The translations under genes were made by a program, and so were the position numbers. 64,000 bases of DNA from Squalus acanthias (taxonomy: Eukaryota). The DNA is taken from the NCBI GenBank assembly GCA_030390025.1, contig CM059431.1:149794001-149858000 (forward strand). Reading direction: 5' to 3'. The notes under the pieces are model-generated. The model was not told the origin of the DNA. It saw only the letters and a program-made list of their open reading frames with translations, and did no database searches. The number at the start of each line of letters is the position of its first letter. The first letter of the stretch is position 1. Positions 60,456 to 64,000 of this stretch are shown in pieces.

Positions 60456-61543
60456 CATACATAGACCAGGGATCTTCTACACAGAGCCAGAGATCTCCTA
60501 CACAGTCCAGATATCTCCTGCACAAAGCAAGGAATATCCTACACAGACCAGCGATCTCCCACACAGACCAGGGATCTCCTACACAGACCAGTGATCTTCG
60601 ACACAGACCAGGGATCTCCTACACAGACCAGTGAGCTCCCACACAGACAAGGGATCTGCTACACAGACCACCGATCTCGCACACAGACCAGGGATCTCCT
60701 ACACAGATCAATGAGTTCGACACAGACCAGGGATCTCCTACACAGTGAGTTTAGGGCCTAGGCAACAGAAGGGACGGTCACCAATGGTTGAGCGATTAAG
60801 ATCAGGCATGCTCAAGAGGGCAGAATTAAAGGAGCGCAGATATCTCGGGGTGTTGTGGGTCTGAAGGAGATTACAGACAAAGGGGCTCCCACACAGAAAC
60901 AGGGAGCTCCTACACAGACCACGGATCTCCTTCACAGACCAGGGATCTCCCACAAAGACACAGGGAGTTGCTACACAGACAAAGGGGCTCCCACACAGAC
61001 ACAGGGATCTCCTACACAGACCAGGGTTCTCCCACACAGATACAGGGAGCTCCTACACAGACAGCTCCTACACTGATCATGGATCTCCTACACAGACCAG
61101 GGATAACCGACACAGATCAGGGATAACGTACACAGTTCAGGGCTCTCCTACACAGAGCATGGATCTCCTACACAGTTCAGGGATCGCCTACACAGACCAA
61201 GGATCTCCTACACAGACCGGGGATCTACTACACAGATCAGGGATCGCCTTCATACAGACAGGTATCTTCTAAACAGAGCCAGGGATCTTCTAAACAGATC
61301 AGAGATTTTTTACACAGACCTTCCATTACCTACATAGAGCCAGGGATCTCTTACACAGAGACAGGGATCTTTTTCACTGAGCCATGGATCTCCAACAAAG
61401 AGCCGGTTATCTCCAACACAGAGCCAGGGAGTTCCTACACAGACCAGGCATCTCCTACACGGACTAGGGATCACCTACGCAGACCAGGAATCTCCTACAC
61501 AGATCGAGCGAGCTCCTACACAAAGCCAGGGATCTCCTACATA
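60456..61543. repeat. 21-bp satellite (ctacacagaccagggatctcc) with an L2-like fragment at about 60745-60875
   Basis: About 45 units. The insert reads, on the minus strand, RYLRS..RSTIGDRPFCCLGPKL, like an L2 C-terminus. Confidence 0.88.
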
Positions 61544-62243
61544 AAGGAACATAGGAACATAGGAATTATGAGCAGGAGTAGGCCTCTCGGCCCCTCGAGC
61601 CTGCTCCGCCATTCCATCAGATCTAGGCTGATCTAATTACTCCACATTCCCGCCTACACCCGATAACCTTTCATCCCCTTGCTTATCAAGAATCTATCTA
61701 AGTCTGCCTTGAATCTATTCAAAGACTCTGCTCCTATCGCCCTCTGAGGAAGTGAGTTCCAAAGACTCACGACCCTTTGTGAGAAAAAATTCTACTCATC
61801 TCTGTCTTAACTGGGCGACCCCTTATTTTTAAACAGTGACCCCTTGCTTCTAGATTATCCCACACGATTAAACATCCACTCCACATCCAGCCTGTTCAGA
61901 CCCCTCAGGATCTTATATGTTTCAATCAAGTCACCTCTTATTCTTCGGAACTCCAGCGGATACAAGCCTAGTCTGTCCAAACTTTCCTCATAAGACAACC
62001 CACCCATTCCAGGTATTAGTCTAGTAAACCTTCTCTGAACTGCTTCCAACGCATTTACATCCTTCCTTAAATAAGCAGAGCAATACTGTACACAGTACTC
62101 CAGATCTGGTCGCACCAATGCCATGTAGAAATGAAGCATAACCTATCTACTTTTGTATTCAATTCCCCTCGCATTAAACGATAACATTCTATTAGCTTTC
62201 CTAATTACTTGCTGTACCTGCATAATAACATTTAGCGATTCAC
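61544..62243 (-). mobile_element. CR1 3' fragment
   Basis: LVRPDLEYCVQY..VQRRFTRLIPG; (ggaacata)n tail. Confidence 0.9.
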
Positions 62244-62269
62244 AAGAAAAGACCATTCACTGAAACAAT

Positions 62270-63310
62270 CTGCTTTATCCCACATCACTCGCTCTAACAT
62301 TCTTACATACGCCTCGCCCATCACTCTAACACTGATATACCACACACCATTCACTGTAAACAGCTGATAACCCCCATACCTCTCACTCTAACTCTCTTAT
62401 ATAACACACACCCCTCAATGTAACAAACTGCTAATAACACACATCTCACTGTAACACATTGATATACCCTACAACCCTCACTGTAACACACTCGTGTTCC
62501 CCACATGCTTCACTGTAAAACTTTGATATACCCCACACCCCTCACTATAACACACTGATATACCCCACACCACTCACTGTAACACTCTGATATACGCAAC
62601 ACTCTGGGCTGTTACTCCCCACATCAATCACTGTAATACTGATATACCTCGCACCACTCACTGTAACACACTCTGATATACTCCACAATCCACCCTGTAA
62701 CACTTTGAAACAACCCGCATCCCACACTGTAACACTCTGAAATACCCCACACACTTCATTGTAAAACTCTGATATAACCCACACCCCTCAATGTAACACT
62801 CGGATATACCCCACACCAATAACTGTAACACTCTGATATACCGCACTCCTCTCATGGTAACACACTGATATCCCCCACACTGCTCATTGTAACAGTCTGA
62901 TATACCCGCACCCTTCACTCTGACACTCTCTGATATATGTGAGAAGTCGCACAACACCAGGTTATAGTCCAAAAGTTTTATTGAAATCACTAGCTTTCGG
63001 AGCTGCAGCCCCTTCTTCACCTGACGAAGGGGCAGCAGCTCGTGATTTCAAATAAAACTGTTGCACTATAACCTGGTGTTGTGCGACTTCTCACTTTTGT
63101 CCACCCCAGTCCAAAACCGGCATCTCCGCATCTCTGATATATGGCAAATCTCCTGAAAGTAATATTCTGATAAAACCCACACCCGTCACTGTAACAGTCT
63201 GATATACCCCACACCACTCACTGTAACCCTCTGATATATGCCACACTGTGGACTGTTACACCCCACACCAGTCACTGTAATACTGATATACCTCGCACCA
63301 CTCACTGTTG
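62270..63310. repeat. ~33-bp satellite, inverted copy of 36990-38620
   Basis: ccccacacccctcactgtaacactctgatata units, with unit variants colinear with the plus-strand array. Confidence 0.88.
62939..63130. mobile_element. Palindromic short element with two facing damaged hammerhead cores (Penelope-related)
   Basis: Near-perfect inverted repeat 62939-63094; tctctgatatat repeated at 62927-62938 and 63131-63142. Confidence 0.7.
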
Positions 63311-64000
63311 ACACTGACAATTTAAACCCAGGGCTTCAATTTTGGTAATATGTGGTACTTTATCAAGCACCATTTTAAAATATAGGGAAATTAGGAAAGT
63401 GTGAGCAGTATCAATCATAAATCCATAGAATTGGTGAGACAGGTTGTGATGACAATTTTTTTTATCGGATCGTAATGCGCCACTCTGATCACAGGCACGA
63501 CTGGTTTCAAACAGTGAGAAACACAAATAGTAATTTTATTCCATTTGTATTATTTTTATTTATTTGTTCTCAGGATATGGTTGACGCTGTCAAGGCCGCT
63601 ATTACATGTCCATCCCTAGTTACCCATGATAAAATGGTAGGCCTTCATCTTGAGCCGCTGCAGTACGTGTGATGAAGGTGCTCCCACAATACTGTAAAGG
63701 AAAGAATTTCAGTCTTTTGACCAAGTGACGATGAAGGAACAGCGATATATTTGAAGAATACCGTAGCATAGTGGTTATGTTGCTGGATTGTAAACAAGAT
63801 GCCTGGACTCATGATCCTGTAGTTCAAATCCCCACACATTGGGAATTTAAATTCGATTCATTAAACAATCTGGAATAAAAAATAGTGTCAGCAATGTTGA
63901 CCATGAAACTACCGGGTTCTCGTAAAAACACGATTGGTTCACTAATGTCCTTCAGGGAAGGAAATCTGCCGTCCTTACACATTCTGGCTGAAATGTGACT

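Noticed and set aside
60456..61543. Regular short repeats as a CRISPR array
   Set aside because: Head-to-tail units without unique spacers, no cas genes, vertebrate context.

Overview
Eukaryotic, repeat-rich vertebrate DNA, most likely a cartilaginous fish (HE1/V-SINE-like and Deu-domain SINEs, CR1 LINEs with esterase ORF1, expanded two-exon GPR139-like GPCRs). It holds part of a GPR139-like receptor cluster: an open exon 2 running off the left edge, two promoter/exon-1 cassettes and a frameshifted inverted paralog. It also holds many CR1/L2/Penelope relics, several satellites built from transposon parts, an orphan ABCG-like exon and a 630-N gap. The standout is a 9.1-kb minus-strand provirus-like LTR element (39207-48322) with 1.63-kb LTRs, a GTAT target duplication, a tRNA-Lys-like PBS and a PPT. 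It encodes a decayed gag and a paramyxovirus-F-like (lokiretrovirus-type) env with a probable N-terminal Ig-like domain, but has no recognisable pol. Where pol should be, in frame behind the gag stop, is an uninterrupted 345-codon ORF carrying a diverged second copy of a Gag N-terminal coiled-coil/HxxC module. All family assignments come from reading motifs by eye; no database searches were run, and boundaries of degraded repeats are approximate.
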